Assembly (NCBI RefSeq): GCF_001447785.1
Contig: NW_015162104.1
Span: forward strand, 1-64,000
Direction of reading: 5' to 3'
DNA from: Gekko japonicus
Taxonomy: Eukaryota
DNA: 64,000 nucleotides
The notes under the pieces are model-generated. The model searched no databases. It had not been told where the DNA came from and saw only the letters and a list, made by a program, of their open reading frames with translations. Made by a program: the position numbers and the translations under genes. Shown here one piece after another: positions 35,670 through 49,400 of the stretch. Numbering within the stretch: the first letter of the stretch is position 1; the number at the start of each line of letters is the position of its first letter.

Positions 35670-36290
35670 CTTGAGACAAAAGTAACACTGTGTAAAATCC
35701 AGGACATTCTCCCATATCCCCCCACAGCACTGACCGGCATTTTACCTGTGGTATGGTGAAGTGCATAAAAGCCATGAGTCTCTAATCCTTCCTGTGCAGG
35801 GTTGTCAAACTCCAGGTGGGGGCTAGAGATCTCCTGGAATGACGACTGATCTTATGGTTGGCAGGTCTTACCTGGCTGCGGGTGGGGGCCCGGTCTTCCT
35901 CCGGGAGTCTTTTGGTGCACACGCGAAGTGTGCATGCCGTGATGTCGTCACCCAGAGGTGACATCATCGCACTGGGCACGTTGGGTGGGACGCTTGAGTA
36001 TTTGGGTAAAAATACTTCTGTTGTCACCATAGAATTTTTTGCCCAAATGCTTGAGCATCCCCAGCGTGACGACGTCACCTCCGGGTGATGTCATTGCGCT
36101 GGGCATGTCAGGCGGGATGGGGCTCTTCAGGGGCAGGGCTCCCCACCACCAGCCAACTGGCCGGTGGCAGATTGGGCCCCTTGAAATCGGGGGAAACCTG
36201 TCCGCATCGGGGGCATGGCGTGGCAACCCTGACATCTCCAGACTATACAAATCACTTATCTATTTATAATTTATTTAAAACATTTATTCC

Positions 36291-36583
36291 ACTTCTCCTG
36301 GAGAAAACAGCTGCTTTAGAAGGCCCTTCCCCTCCCTAAGCCCCCCCTTTCCCAGGCTCCACCCTCAGATCTCCAGGTACTTCTGAACCTAGAGTTGGCA
36401 ATCCTACTCCTGTAGTAAGAAGTTTGATATAGAAGTAACTTCTCCTGGAGAAAACAGCTGCTTTAGAAAGCCCTTCCCCTCCCTAAGCCCCCCTTTCCCA
36501 GGCTCCACCCTCAGATCTCCAGGTACTTCTGAACCTAGAGTTGGCAATCCTACTCCTGTAGTAAGAAGTTTGATATAGAAGTA
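36291..36583. repeat. Tandem duplication, 147-nt period
   Basis: ACTTCTCCTGGAG...ATAGAAGTA at 36291 and 36438, near-identical. Confidence 0.95.
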
Positions 36584-37864
36584 TGGGTAAGGCCTACTTC
36601 TAGATATCCAGGAGACATACATGTTCCTTTCCCAATGCCCAGTGAATAGGAGGGGGGAAACAAAATGGGGATGGGTCTGAGAATCTAGGTCCCAAGAACA
36701 ACTTCCATGACTAGGCTAGGGCCATACAAGCCTAATGGGACTCCTTTATAAGTAATGTACCTGCCCAGCCCTATAGAATTTGCCATTGGCTGCCCACATG
36801 ACTTTCATGTCTGTGCATCAAGGGAAATCCTGCAGTTGCAAGAAGGAAGGGTTGTAAACTGTGCCTCTGTGATGTCATCCCCGTGATGTCACAGTCAGTC
36901 TTAAAGGATTAGTGTCTTGTGCCTTTGAAGAGAAGGGGATCTTCCTTTTCAATTGGTCTTAGAATCACACTGATGCCATCAAGTGCTGTTACCATGGTAA
37001 GGGCTGACTATCAGCGCCTCACAATGACATCATGGAGGCTAAATGCGGCGACCTTTACTTAAGGCCAGTAGTGATGGTAATAAGATAAACCAGCTGCAGA
37101 GCTGAAAAGGCCCACACAGTATGGGTTCCATTTATATAGCCAATTTCTTGCTCCATAGTAGTAGTATAGGGTTGCCAACCAGCAAGTTGTGGCTAGAGAT
37201 CTCCCGCTACTACAACTGATCTTCAGCTGCCAGAGATCAGCTCCACTGGGGAAAATGGCCACTTTGGAAGGTAGACTGTATGGCATTATACCCCATTGAA
37301 GTCCCTCCCCTCCCCAACCCCCGGTCTCCTTCAGGCTCCATCCCCAAAATCTCCACGTATTTCCAAACCTGGAGCTGGCAACCCTATTTAAGTACTCCCT
37401 GCATAGGGCTGCCAAGTGGGGGCGGGGAAACCCCCGCTTTGGAGGCCCGATTTCCGCCACGGCGGAATCGGGCCCCGGGGGGAACTCCGCCCACCGAAAC
37501 GCAGCGTGGCCGCGTCACCTCTGGTGACGCAACCACGTCGACCACATTGGGGGCGTGGCCCGGATCATCGGAGGGAAAACTATGGTTTTCCCTCCAATGA
37601 TCCGGGCCACGCCCCCAACGTGGTCGATGTCGCGTGTCACTTCCGGTGACGCGCTGGCGGCGCGCGCATCCAAGGACGGCTCCCAGAGCCCGGCGAGGCT
37701 CCCCCGCCGGTGAGTGTTTTTTGACTTGGCAACCCTAAAAGGGAGGGACCTAAGCAGGTATAATGCTGTAGAGTCCATCTTCCAAAGGAGCCATTTTTTC
37801 CAGGGGAACTGATATCTGTTGTCTGGAGTTCAGTTGTAATTCTGGGAGATCTCCAGGCCCCACC

Positions 37865-38102
37865 NNNNNNNNNNNNNNNNNNNNNNNNNNNNNNNNNNNN
37901 NNNNNNNNNNNNNNNNNNNNNNNNNNNNNNNNNNNNNNNNNNNNNNNNNNNNNNNNNNNNNNNNNNNNNNNNNNNNNNNNNNNNNNNNNNNNNNNNNNNN
38001 NNNNNNNNNNNNNNNNNNNNNNNNNNNNNNNNNNNNNNNNNNNNNNNNNNNNNNNNNNNNNNNNNNNNNNNNNNNNNNNNNNNNNNNNNNNNNNNNNNNN
38101 NN
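37865..38102. other. Assembly gap (238 N)
   Basis: Run of N flanked by repeat fragments. Confidence 1.
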
Positions 38103-39777
38103 CCCACCTCACAGGGTGTCTGTTGTGGGGAGGGGAAGGGAAAGGAGTTTGTAAGCCGCTCTGAGACTCCGAGTGAAGGGCGGGGTATAAATCCAATCTC
38201 CTCCTCCTCCAATTTTATTGCACAATCTGTTTTTGTAGCCTACCCATGAAATAAAGCCTTAATAAGGAGAGCACAATGCAACAGACAAAGCAATTCTAGC
38301 CGTAAAATACATATCTTAATGCAACTAAGTAAATGGATATAATTAATGCCTATGGTATTTTGAAGTTGTTTGGTTATTTTACTATTTCCCAGAAGTGATG
38401 GTACCTGCATTTACAGGAGTTAATTATTTAACACTGTTAACTCATACTGGCCTGGGTAAATAGTTACCTCTTAATGTAAACCCCCAGCCCCCTCTGGTAT
38501 GCTATCGTCACGGGTCACATTCCCTTATACAGTACAGTCTTAGTACTCTTCACAAATGCTGAACAGACTGGCTGTGTTAGCAGTCCTGGAAGGTGCTTAC
38601 AAACTCACCACTAGGTTTCTAAAGCAGAATAACCACTGTTCTCAAAGCACAACTGTTTTATGAAGTTCAAGCTAAGTCTTGTTCTGCCATGCAAAAAAAC
38701 CCCATGTGCATGTGATCATTTTTGATTGGCAACAAAAGCTGCTTCCTCTTGAGAGCTATAGAACAGTGCCATTAATACTATGCAAATGTAAGGGGTCCTT
38801 TCTGCATGAATGAATGAAACAGCAGTGAACAAGGAAGACTAGAGCCCTAGTGCTGAAAGGGGGGAGCTTACAACCTTCAAATAAAAATAAAATCTAAAAA
38901 GAGAAGCTTCTTAAATGAAGTGGGTGTTAGCCTCATACTGCTTATCCTCTTTTTAAACAGCTGCAGGAGCACATGTGTTAAAGCAAGTATGTGCTCACCC
39001 TTTCCTTGACTAAAAATTACAAGTCTACAGTTAGGAAACACAGCTTATATTAATTTCTGGGTGTCAGTGAAAAAAACCCATCCCCCCAGTCAAAAAGGGT
39101 GGCCAGGTCCCCTTGCCGTCATAGCAGGGGGATTTGAGGGGCATATGAGTGATGTCATCGTGCACAACACTCTGGTTTGGGGCAAACCTCTATGGTTTTT
39201 TTGCCTTCAAAACCATAGAGTTTGCCCCAAAACCAGAGCATCACTGTGCAACATCCCCAGCATAATGACATCACTAGGGAGTACTGTAATCATGTCAGGG
39301 ACATCGTGCGATGATGACGTCCCTGTTTGGGAGTGGGGTTTACCCCACCGGCCAGGTTGCCGGCGGCAAAATGAAGCCTCCCAAAGCAGAGAAACCCCTG
39401 CTGGGACCTGGGGCTGGTAACCCTACAATTAAAAAAATGGAAATGTCCGAAGGAGGAGTTTCTGTAACCTTTGCTGAAAATGTAATCCATTCCATTTTTA
39501 AAATCATATTTCTTGCTAGCAAATTAAAATCCTCCCTTGTCCAATCTGAGACTGGTGGGAATTACCATATCTCTCCATTCTGTTATATATGTAATTCGTC
39601 TTGCTCTTCACCAGAGTGCTAGCTACTGTCATGAGACAAACTTAATATCCATAATTTCAAGCCAGGCATATTTCAAATATCCCCTTCTAGGAAAACTGCA
39701 CAAATTTTCAGTTTTTTCAGTTCTGACTTAGCAGTTTTGAAACACCAAGAGTGGGGCCCAATGCTGAAGCATAAATT

Positions 39778-40093
39778 TGTTGTTGTTCAGTCGCACAGTC
39801 GAGTCCGACTCTTTGCGACCCCATGGACCAGATCACGCCAGCAGGCCGCCACCTTCCTGTCTTCCGCCATCCTCTGAAGTTGGCTCAACTTCATGTTCCT
39901 TGCATCTATGACACTATCTAACCATCTCATCCTTTGCCGTCCCCGTCTTCTTTGACCTTCAATCTCCCAGCATCAGGGTCTTCTCCAGTGAGTGCTCCCT
40001 TCTCATTTGGTGGCCAAAGTATTTGAGCTTCAGTTTCATTATCTGGCCTTCCAGGGAACAGTCAGGGTTGATTTCTTTTAGGATTGACTAAAA
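39778..40093 (-). mobile_element. Bov-B (RTE) LINE 3' end
   Basis: (CAA)n tail, colinear with the 51235 copy; TSD GAAGCATAAATT (39766-39777 / 40094-40105). Confidence 0.85.
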
Positions 40094-42391
40094 GAAGCAT
40101 AAATTACTACATTTTAAAACCCTCCCCAGATCATAAGGGACAAAGAAATAGGAACTCATCACCAACTCTATAGTTAATAAAAGACTTCTGGAGGGCTTCC
40201 ACAAAAGCTAGGGCTGCCAACTATTGGTTGGGAAACACCTGGAGACCTGTGGGTGGAGGCTGGGGTTCAGAAATGAGAGGGACCTCGGCACAGCATAGTG
40301 CCATAAAGTCCACCAAAGCAGCTGCATTCTCCAGGGGAACTGATCTCTGTTTTCTGGAGATCGGTTGTCATAGGGTTAACAACCCTAACAAAATCTTCCC
40401 TGTGTTTCTTTTACTATTTATCCAATGGCCTGGGTATAGAAAGGGAAGAGGAAACTGGAAGGGTCTTGGCACTAAAGGAGGCTGGGATGACAGAATCATG
40501 CAGAGTGACAATGTACTGTTCTTCACCTTTCATGCTGTCTTACCAACTTAGAAAGCTTTTTTCAAAGTGAAACAGAAATCAAGTAACACCTTTAAGACTA
40601 ATCAAGTTTATTCCAGTATAAGCTTTCATGAGTCAGAGCTCAAAGATTTTCCATCCTATATGCATGTGATAAAGTGAACTCCAACTCAGAAACACATCCT
40701 GGAATATGCTTGCTTAGTCTTAAATATGATTGATTTTTCAATTTGCTTTGCTACAATACACGGTGGGCTACCCTTTTGGAGTTCTTGGAATTTTAAAAAA
40801 GTTTACATTCCTGTGGTCTCTCCACTTGGTTTGCACTTATTGCAACTTCTGTTGTTACCAGGATGCAACCAGGAGATAATTTCATCATGGGGTAGATTTG
40901 GCCTCTTCTACCTTTCTGTAAGAGGCAGTGAGGTAAACAAACAAGAGCAAACTATCTCCCTAGAGTGAAATGCGACACCTGACTAATAACTACATGAAGA
41001 GTAGGAATGGCACAGAGGGTGGCACCCAACCCTCAAGACCATTTCATCTGTTCCCTGAGAGCTTACAAATTCTGGTGTGCAGTGGAAGGCAACACCAAAC
41101 TGGACTCATTGGGGGGGGATCACTTCCTTCTCCTGAAACCACAGCTTTGTGCAGGAGCCTCCATAGCGTTCCTCTCCTCCCGTCTTAGGCTCTTAAAGAA
41201 GAATTATTACAGCCTTCCTCAGTGCAATTGTCCTCGTGAAATTTGCCCAGTCATTCCTCCATCCTCTCCAGTAACTGAGTACTAAGGCAACCCCCCTTGC
41301 AGTCTTCAGAAGTAGGCTGTCCCAAAGTGCACCTGGAATAATTTCTACCACAGTCAAGTTACAACAGGTGAGTAGCATAGATGCACTCAGCTATCTAGTT
41401 GCAACAGCTTGGATGACATCCCTATTACCACAAAGTAATTCCACTCCCTTTTCTCAGCCCGCCTCAAACATCCTTTCCAAGTGGGCAGAAAGTTTAACCT
41501 GACCATTGACATATGGGCCCGCTCTCTGGCTAGGAAAATATATGGCTCAGAGAAGCTGTTATCAGGATTTGATAAGACTGGAGGTAAGCCAGAAGGGAGG
41601 GGTTGCCTCACTGGGCTGAGCTGTCAGACTCCCAGGCCATTTGAATCAGAAAAACAAGCAGGCGTGCATAAGTGCTTGCGCTGTTCTTCAGAGAGATTGG
41701 ATTACACTCCACTCTCACACCCAATCCCCTAATCTAATTAAGTCTACCCATCTCCAGTGGGATTATGAAACTGTAAACCAGGTAAATACCACAGCAAGGG
41801 AGAAGATATGAAGGAACGGCACCAAAAGGGACAGTGCATGTTACACTTCTCCTTGCAAACAACTACCGAAGTACAAACCTGCAATGGTGCTATATGGCTG
41901 TGGGCTGGTGTTACCAGAAATGGGAGGGAGGGTAAAGGCGTCATATGGAAGACTCAGAACTAGGGAGGAGTAATTACTTAGGGGCAGAGCACTTGCTTTG
42001 AACACCAGAGGGCCTTGACAACTCAGGCCTTGACAACTCCAGTTTAAAGATCTTAGGGAGCTGGTGTTGGAAAAGACTTCTTTTATATAGAGATATAAAC
42101 TGTAGTGGGGGGAGCCTGCAGTTTTAAAAAGATCAACTGGAAAGGGGGCTATATTTCTTCCTGCACCCCATAAAAATGCCATCCCCAAGGAGCTTTTACT
42201 TCTGTTGGGAAAAATTTATAAAACATCTCTACATTTTGTCTAGCAGAAGCAAAACCAAGGAGGGAGGGGGATAATTATCGTATGGCATTGTGAACAGAAT
42301 AGCCAGGAGAGCCTAAGATTGTCTGGCAGCCAGAAGTTCTAGCTCCTTTAGCATCATGCACTATTAGGTGGCAAGCTAGACTTGTTTTTAA

Positions 42392-42540
42392 TGTTTCAGA
42401 GGTGGTTTGCCATTGCCTGTCTCTGCATCACAACCCTGGCATTCCTTGGAGGTCTCCCATCCAAGCACTTGCCAGGGCTGACCCTGCTTAGCTTCCAAGA
42501 TCTGACAGATTGGGCTGGCCTGGGCTATCCAGGTCAGGGC
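42392..42540 (-). mobile_element. 5S rRNA-derived SINE (SINE3 type)
   Basis: Minus strand GATCTTGGAAGCTAAGCAGGGTCAGCCCTGGCAAGTGCTTGGATGGGAGACC resembles the 5S internal control region, followed by non-5S GGCAATGGCAAACCAC. Confidence 0.8.
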
Positions 42541-43365
42541 AAAGGGAGGGGGCAGTAAGGAAAGAGTTAAATAGCTCCTCTGCACACAAACGCACACACC
42601 CCTTTTCCTTTTGAAATTGCAGTCTGAATGGCTATAGTCTATTAAAAAAAAAAACAGTCTGGAAAAATAATGACAAAACTTCCCATAATGTGTAGTTGCA
42701 CTTTAAAAGCAAAACTAGACATAACAGAAAGACTCATATGTACTAATACACATGTCCACCGGCTCAGCACTCAAGAGGCACTGTGTGGATCAATTTTATA
42801 ATAAAAATGGAGCATGTGGGTAAGGGGGGGGGGTGACACCCTGCCTCTGTCTTTTCAGCTCTTTTCTTTCAGCCTGGCTCCTCTCCAGTGTCAGTGGTGG
42901 CCTGAAAGAGTTACACGCAAATCCACTGAGTGCTGCATGCTAAAGTGAGGGGAGGGAGAAAGCTTTAGTTCCACTAAGGGATCTTTGCAGCAGCAGGCCT
43001 CCCATCCCACATAAAACATGAGGGCAAATATATGAGGATCAGGTTTCTGGTGCTAGTCTGGCTGAGGCTTTCAAGCTGTGCTCTGCATCAAGGGGTTTTA
43101 TTTATCTAATTTTCAGTTTCTGTTTGTGCCTGTTATCTTGTTTTCTGTTCTTTATAAGTTTATTTTAGATGCTTCTTTTTATTTTGTTTTTCTCATTGCA
43201 TTTGGACTGCCTTCATGGGGGATTACTATCGGCGGATAGCCAGTTCCCTTGCCTCACTCCCTATTAGGTTTAATTGTTTATTTTAAACTGTATTTTTGTA
43301 TGTTTTAATCTATTGTAAATCACCCAGGTTGTACTCAGGGATGGGATGATTCAGAAATTCAATTA

Positions 43366-43390
43366 ATGATGATGATGATGATGATGATGA
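43366..43390. repeat. (GAT)n microsatellite
   Basis: Directly visible. Confidence 0.9.
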
Positions 43391-44310
43391 AAGGGAAATG
43401 GTGCGATGTTTCTAGCAGTTCTGTAGTTTTATTTATTTTATCTCTTTTTTCAGTTTTCTGACTATCTGGAACTTTCAGAAGACCAAGAAGATTTATCCGT
43501 TTAAACTCTGACAGCTTCTTTTGTATTCTCCCTCATTATTCCCAGGGGTGAGAGTGCTGGGTGGGAGAATGCTGCAGCTGCCTGCAGGTTTTATTTTAAT
43601 TATTGAGTTTAGGTTAGTTCAGGCCTTTCCAGGGTACTATTGGTTTGCCTTTTATTATCTTTGTCGTTCAAAGAGAGCCAGCGTGGTGTAGTGGTTCAGA
43701 GAGACGGACTCTAATCTGGAGAGCCAAGTTCGATTCCCCATTCCTCCACATGAAGCCAGCTGGGTGACCTTGGGTCAGTCACAGCTCTTTCAGAGTTCTC
43801 TCGGCCCTAAAAACAAGTCTAGCTCACCACCTAATGGTGCATAAATATAAAGAGCTAGAACATCTGGCTGCCAGACAATCCCAGGCCCAAAGGATGCCAG
43901 GCTGACAACAACCAGGGCCTTCTCAGTGGCGACTGCATACTGGTGGAACAAGCTCCCAGAAGAGATCAGGGCCCTGCAGGACTTTTTACAGTTCTGCAGG
44001 GCCTGGAAGATGGAGCTCTTCCACCAGGCTTTCGATTAAGGCGCCGCATTATACACCGAGGAGTGTCCCTGTGCCCTGGCTTCACCATCATCATCTCCAG
44101 CCTGTACTCTGGTTTACCACCTTTGCCGCCACATAATAAATTGGGTGATCTGAGCTGGCATAAACATCATCAGAATATACAGTTACCTAAGCTGTTTTTA
44201 AATAACTTGCTCTCGTTTTTATCAACTTATGTTCCAGTGTGTTAGGCATATTTTAAATGAATGCTGTTTTATGTTTATTTGCTCATAACAGGTTTTAAAT
44301 GTATTTCTAT

Positions 44311-44656
44311 GTGGTGACTCAAGTGGTTAAGACGCTGAACTGCAGGTTGTGGAAGGTCGATAGTTCCGCAGTTCGAGATCCGAGTGCACCGCATGACGGA
44401 GTGAGCTCCCGTCTCTAGTTCCAGCTCCTGCCAACCTAGCAGTTTGAAAGCAAGAAATTGCAAGTAGATAAATAGGTACCACTTCAGTGGGAAGGTAACA
44501 GCATTCCGTGCACCTTGGTGTTTAGTCATGCCGGCCACATGACCACGGTAATGTCTTCGGACAGCGCTGGCTCTTCGGCTTTGAAATGGAGATGAGCACC
44601 GCAACCCTAGAGTCGGATTTGACTGGCTTTCAAGCAAGGGAACCTTTACCTTTACT
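44311..44656 (+). mobile_element. Sauria SINE
   Basis: Colinear with the 32684 copy. Confidence 0.88.
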
Positions 44657-46161
44657 TTTTATGAAATTTTATGTAAGCCTCCCTGAGCCCACCTCGGCAG
44701 GGGAGGGTGGGATATAGGCGGAATTAAATAATTAAATAATTTTACACACAATGCCAGATGACGACGACAATGATTTCCAGGCTATTATTAGTTTGTCTCT
44801 TATTAGCTTTGGAGTTTGAAGTTCATTCCTTTTTTAAAAAATTAGATGGCAGCTGACCTTGGCTTGTCCAGGTATTTTCTCATTCCCCTCTCCCCCTTGA
44901 AAATGACAAGTTTGATTGGTTTATTACCTGGGTTGGGGGGGGGGGGGATGTATTAAAATGAGTAAAAAACAGGACTAAAGATAATGCATATATGTGGATC
45001 CCCCACCCCCATCATCTCTGGTTTAGCCCTTAAGAAAATCTTACAAACCACAAAGCTGTGATGGACCCTAAGTAAATATTGGGAGAAATACTACAAGAAC
45101 ATCACATTAAAGAGTAGCAAATCCCAGTTTGCAATGACTGTACAATTAATAGGGAGCTGCATCTGATCTACAATAATCAGGTGTCTCTGAACCCCTGTTT
45201 GCCACAGTGTAAATTCCTTAGGGTCACAGCTAAAAACATGAAACGTAAACAAGCTCTTGCTTACTTTCACAAAGCCTCCGATTTGCCCTCTCAAAAAATG
45301 CAAGGGGCAAGAGTGCTACCCAGAGCTACACAGCCAATGTTCCTCCCAGATGGAGGGAAAGGAAGGAACCCACGGATAGCCATCTTCATCTAATTTATCA
45401 AAAGAAAGAAAAAAGCTCTGCCGCCTCTGCTGGTCACCTCTGCCCTTGGAAAACGACTGGACTACCGAGCCACAGCTTTCTCACCCTCTATTGGTACTCT
45501 GCCAGGTAAAACCATTGGATTCAGTCCTAACAAAGCATCAGTGCCCATGAGCTGCACCTGCATATGAAGAGACTCAGTCAGTATTGCAAAGTGGGAAGGG
45601 CCGAGCAACCTTTTCACAATTTGTCTGACGGTTTCCCAGCTTTGAGAATCCTCTCCATGCAGAGATACAGGTATGGTCCCTGTAATTTTCCTTCACCCAG
45701 AGGGCATCACTTTAAAACAATATGCCAGACAAATCCTTTTGTTTACTACAGTACTCAACAGAGGTGGCTCTCTCCTCTATAAAAGTCCCCATTTCTTAGT
45801 CTACTCACCCACCATATTCTCCTTGTACCCCAAACCAAACTGTTTACCCCATTGATTATCCAGCCTGACAGAATCAATTAATTTCCTGCCTTAAAATTTA
45901 ACCTCTGTCCATGACCCCGTTGCCCTCCAAGCTGTAACCATTACAAGATGCCCTTAAGGAACTGCTATAGGGGAAAGGTGATGCTACAGCTAGTCAAGAT
46001 ACAGGTGCAATATTAGTGTTCCTCTTTCACGGGACATCTCAATGAATCGTCTCCTGAACTTTCAGTCCAGCTACTTCAGTTCACTATCTCAATCCCACTG
46101 TGACTGCTAACCATCAAGACCAAGCATCACTCCCTTCCAAAGCAAGTGCACAGATTCTCAC

Positions 46162-46208
46162 CTGAAACACATCTCCATTCACAGTGGCCCCTGTGCTCTC
46201 AAAATCAA
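46162..46208 (-). CDS. CLTB: CLTB coding exon 2
   Basis: 47 nt, (V)DFESTGATVNGDVFQ; acceptor ctttctctgcag|, donor |gtgaga. Confidence 0.93.
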
Positions 46209-46352
46209 CTGCAGAGAAAGGAAAAGAACAAAGTGTTAGTTATTTGCATTGCATTCATTTATATCGCCAATGGCTCTCCCCTCCTCCATTTTCTCACAAT
46301 AACAACCCTGAGGCAGGAAAAACTGAATTATTTTCCCCTCACAATAACAACC

Positions 46353-46475
46353 CTGTCAGATCTCAGAACCTAAGCAGGGATGGCCTTGGCTAGTATTTGG
46401 AAGGGTAACCTCCAAGGAGTATCAGTGTCTGAGGAATACCAATGGCAAACCACTTTTGAAACATCTCTTGCCTTA
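46353..46475 (+). mobile_element. Degenerate 5S-derived SINE copy
   Basis: Same 5S-like head and CAATGGCAAACCAC segment as 42392-42540. Confidence 0.65.
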
Positions 46476-49400
46476 AAAAAAACAAGTCTCACCACCGAAT
46501 AGTGCATAACGCTAAAAGTGCTTGAACTTCTGGCTGCCAGACAATCTTAGGATCTCCTGGATATTCTACACACAATGCCATAAGATTATTATTAATAATT
46601 ATTATTTATTATTACAACCCTGTGGAGTAGGCTAGGCTGACAGATTGCGACTGGCCCAAAGTCTCCCAGCAAGCTTCCGTGACAGAGTGGTGATTTGAGT
46701 CCTAGTCTGACACTGTCCACTATACCATGCTGGCTCTCTGGACAATGGTGGGTGGCAGCATAAGGCTGGACCTGAAGTGTGGTACACTATACTCAGGAAA
46801 TGGCTTCTTGCCTTATGGGCGGCGGGGGGGGGGGGGCAGCTCTGTTCGTTAGCACCTCTTCGTTGGTGGTGTGGGAAACAGGATGGAATGTACAAGAAAC
46901 AGCAGGACATGGGAGTTGAAAGAAGATATAAGGAGGCTCCAGGAGAATTGAGAGCGACAGGCAGAAATTGAGGGTAACTGGGGACAGAGTGTGCAGGAAT
47001 CTCTAATTCTCACATTCATCTTCCAACATCCCCAAAGTAAAACCTGGTAGCCGAGTCACTGGTTATAGTTTCCTCTTTTGGACAACCTTCCTGGTAATAG
47101 TATGTCTATCACTCTGTGACTCATTCTTCTAGATAAGGAACCAGTCGCTGTGTACAGGAAACTCTACAGAGATTAAAGTTGAATGGAATGTTCTTGGAAG
47201 CCTGATGCCTGTCAAAATCCCCTCAAAGGTCAATGGGACTTACTTTTCAGTAATTATGCTTAAGCTTTTTAGAAGTTAGGAAGGTACTGAAAGAATTATC
47301 GACGTGGGCTTTTGTGCGCAAGGACCTAGTTCACCCGATGCACAAAGTGGAAAGAAAAAGCAGTAGGGAAAGTATGAACACATGGGCAGAGGTAGAGCGG
47401 AGGGGAAAACAAAGTTAGTAACCTTAATAAGCCACCTGATGCTATGTATGTTTACTCAGAAGCCAACCCCTCCTGTATTCAAGGTTCCTTACAGCTAAAA
47501 AGGAATAGTACAGCCTAAATTACAATGGATAGAAATGCAAGCAACACATCCTGATTTACAGGAGATATAATACTGATACAAAAGAAAGCAGAGTAATATT
47601 TTTAATTAGCAGGACTAACCAAAATAACAAGCTTTTGTATTCCCCATGTTAATTCAGAGATAAAATAACATTCATCTGCTGGAATAGCAATGTGTCAGTA
47701 GGTAAAAACAGCAATGCCATTGCATGGGAACAATTACTTTTTTGCAAGAAGCTACCCAAAGGCAAAAATATCAGATTTCTTAAGACTTTTACAGCTTCTC
47801 ATTCAAAGTGTTTCTTGAAGTTTTTTAAAGTTAAAGTGATTTAAGGGTTAGAGGGAGAATGTTCAGGAAGACTGAAACCTACTGGTTTTAATCTGTTTCT
47901 GTTTTAACGTTTGACTCGTGCCCATTTATCACTTTATGAAGGAACTGTCTGTGTAAACTGCAGAACAGCACTGTGGGCAGATGATGGAATACATGACCTC
48001 CACTGAGAATATGCCCTTGATAAATATTCCCATCCAAATGTTGTAGTGAAGGAAGAGGTTGCAAATGCCAAACTGCTCACTTGTAAAACGCCTGTTAAAG
48101 GCACAAGAACCATGTTCTGTATGAACCCTGTTCTGATCACCCTAAGAAGAGTTAGCTGCTGGCATATAGCATGTGTCTTAGTTCTCCCTAGGGTTGCTAA
48201 ATGCCTGTTGCTGTAATTCCTGATTGCATAACAGTAGTACCCTGTGGAACATAATAGCTAATCCCTTTATTTCAGAAGGAAATCCCTTTATTTCAGAAGA
48301 TTTACACAGATAAATCTACTTTAAAAAAAAAATTGGCCAGAAGAATCAAGTTCTGCCCTTGACCTGACATAATGGGAGAGGTTTTCCCCACCTACATCCT
48401 TATCCCATGGGGGGAGGGGACCTTGAAGTACCCTCCAGTGCAGTTCTAGACTAAACTAAACTGTCTTAAGGGCATCTAGTCCAGAAGGAATCTACTATAG
48501 CCACATCTACTATAGCCACATTTTGGCCTGTAATGAGGAAAGGACATTACTGAATTTGTTAAAGCTTCCAGACAGCTCACCAAGAGCATGGTTGGAAATA
48601 CCAGCCGGCCTCTGTCAGTCCCCCAAGGCATTTGGAAACAGTAACTCGGGCTTTTCAAGTTACTGCCCTGCTTTTGTGGAATAGCCTCCTGGAGGAAGTA
48701 AGGCAGGTTTTTGCTCTCTTGACAAGGCTACAAAAACTGAATTATTTAGAAGGTCCTTTGGAGAAGTATGAGGGTTTTGTGACTATATCAGATTGACTGT
48801 AGCTGGTTGTTCTAACAACAGAATGTGTTTTGTTTTTTAATTTAGTTTTTAAAGGGGGGGGGGGTTTCCTGTGTATGTTTTGTTGATGGCCACCATGATC
48901 AGGACAGAGGTGAGCATGCAAGTATTTAAAATACATAAATAACCGTGGCCAAAGAGAACAAATTTCTTGTTTGGAAGCATGGTGCTTTCAGGTGTCCTTT
49001 CGCACCTGAGCGAGAATTGCCTTGCTGTGCTGTCCCCCATGCCTTGAAGAACAGTACAACACGGAGAAACTGCAGAGGTGAAGCTTTTCTCAGCATAGTG
49101 ATAAAGTAGTCAGAAGAGCTTCCTCTCCTATATTTATGAGAACCAGACACATGTCAAGGGCACACGAGCAGAGCATTTGAAAAGAATCGACAACCCCAAG
49201 CAGAGATAAGGAAGGAAGTCAAGGAGGAAAAGTATTCCATGTGCTGCTTGTATACTTAAAGAGCATATTCCTTTCCTACTGCCACTTCCTTACAGATGCT
49301 TTTTCCCTTAACCTGACACAACTCCCACCTTGAGTATCTGACTACACCCAGAATGACTGTGTCTGGTCTGGCAACATTTGCAGAGACTCCTCCCAAAGTC

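Larger units (their letters stand above)
34791..40387. repeat. Cluster of MITE-like repeats with TAGGGTTGCCA...TGGCAACCCTA ends (discontinuous; spans CLTB exon 3)
   Basis: Copies at about 34792-35013, 35798-36231, 37167-37386, 37404-37737, 37740-37864, 39097-39425 and 40210-40387. Confidence 0.7.

Noticed and set aside
37637-38212. Long ORFs of 191 and 148 aa
   Set aside because: They are open only because they cross the 238-N gap.
42434-42515. Functional 5S rRNA gene; likewise tRNA genes at SINE heads and a real 28S gene at 27009
   Set aside because: Diverged or fragmentary, and embedded in retroposon structures with tails or TSDs.
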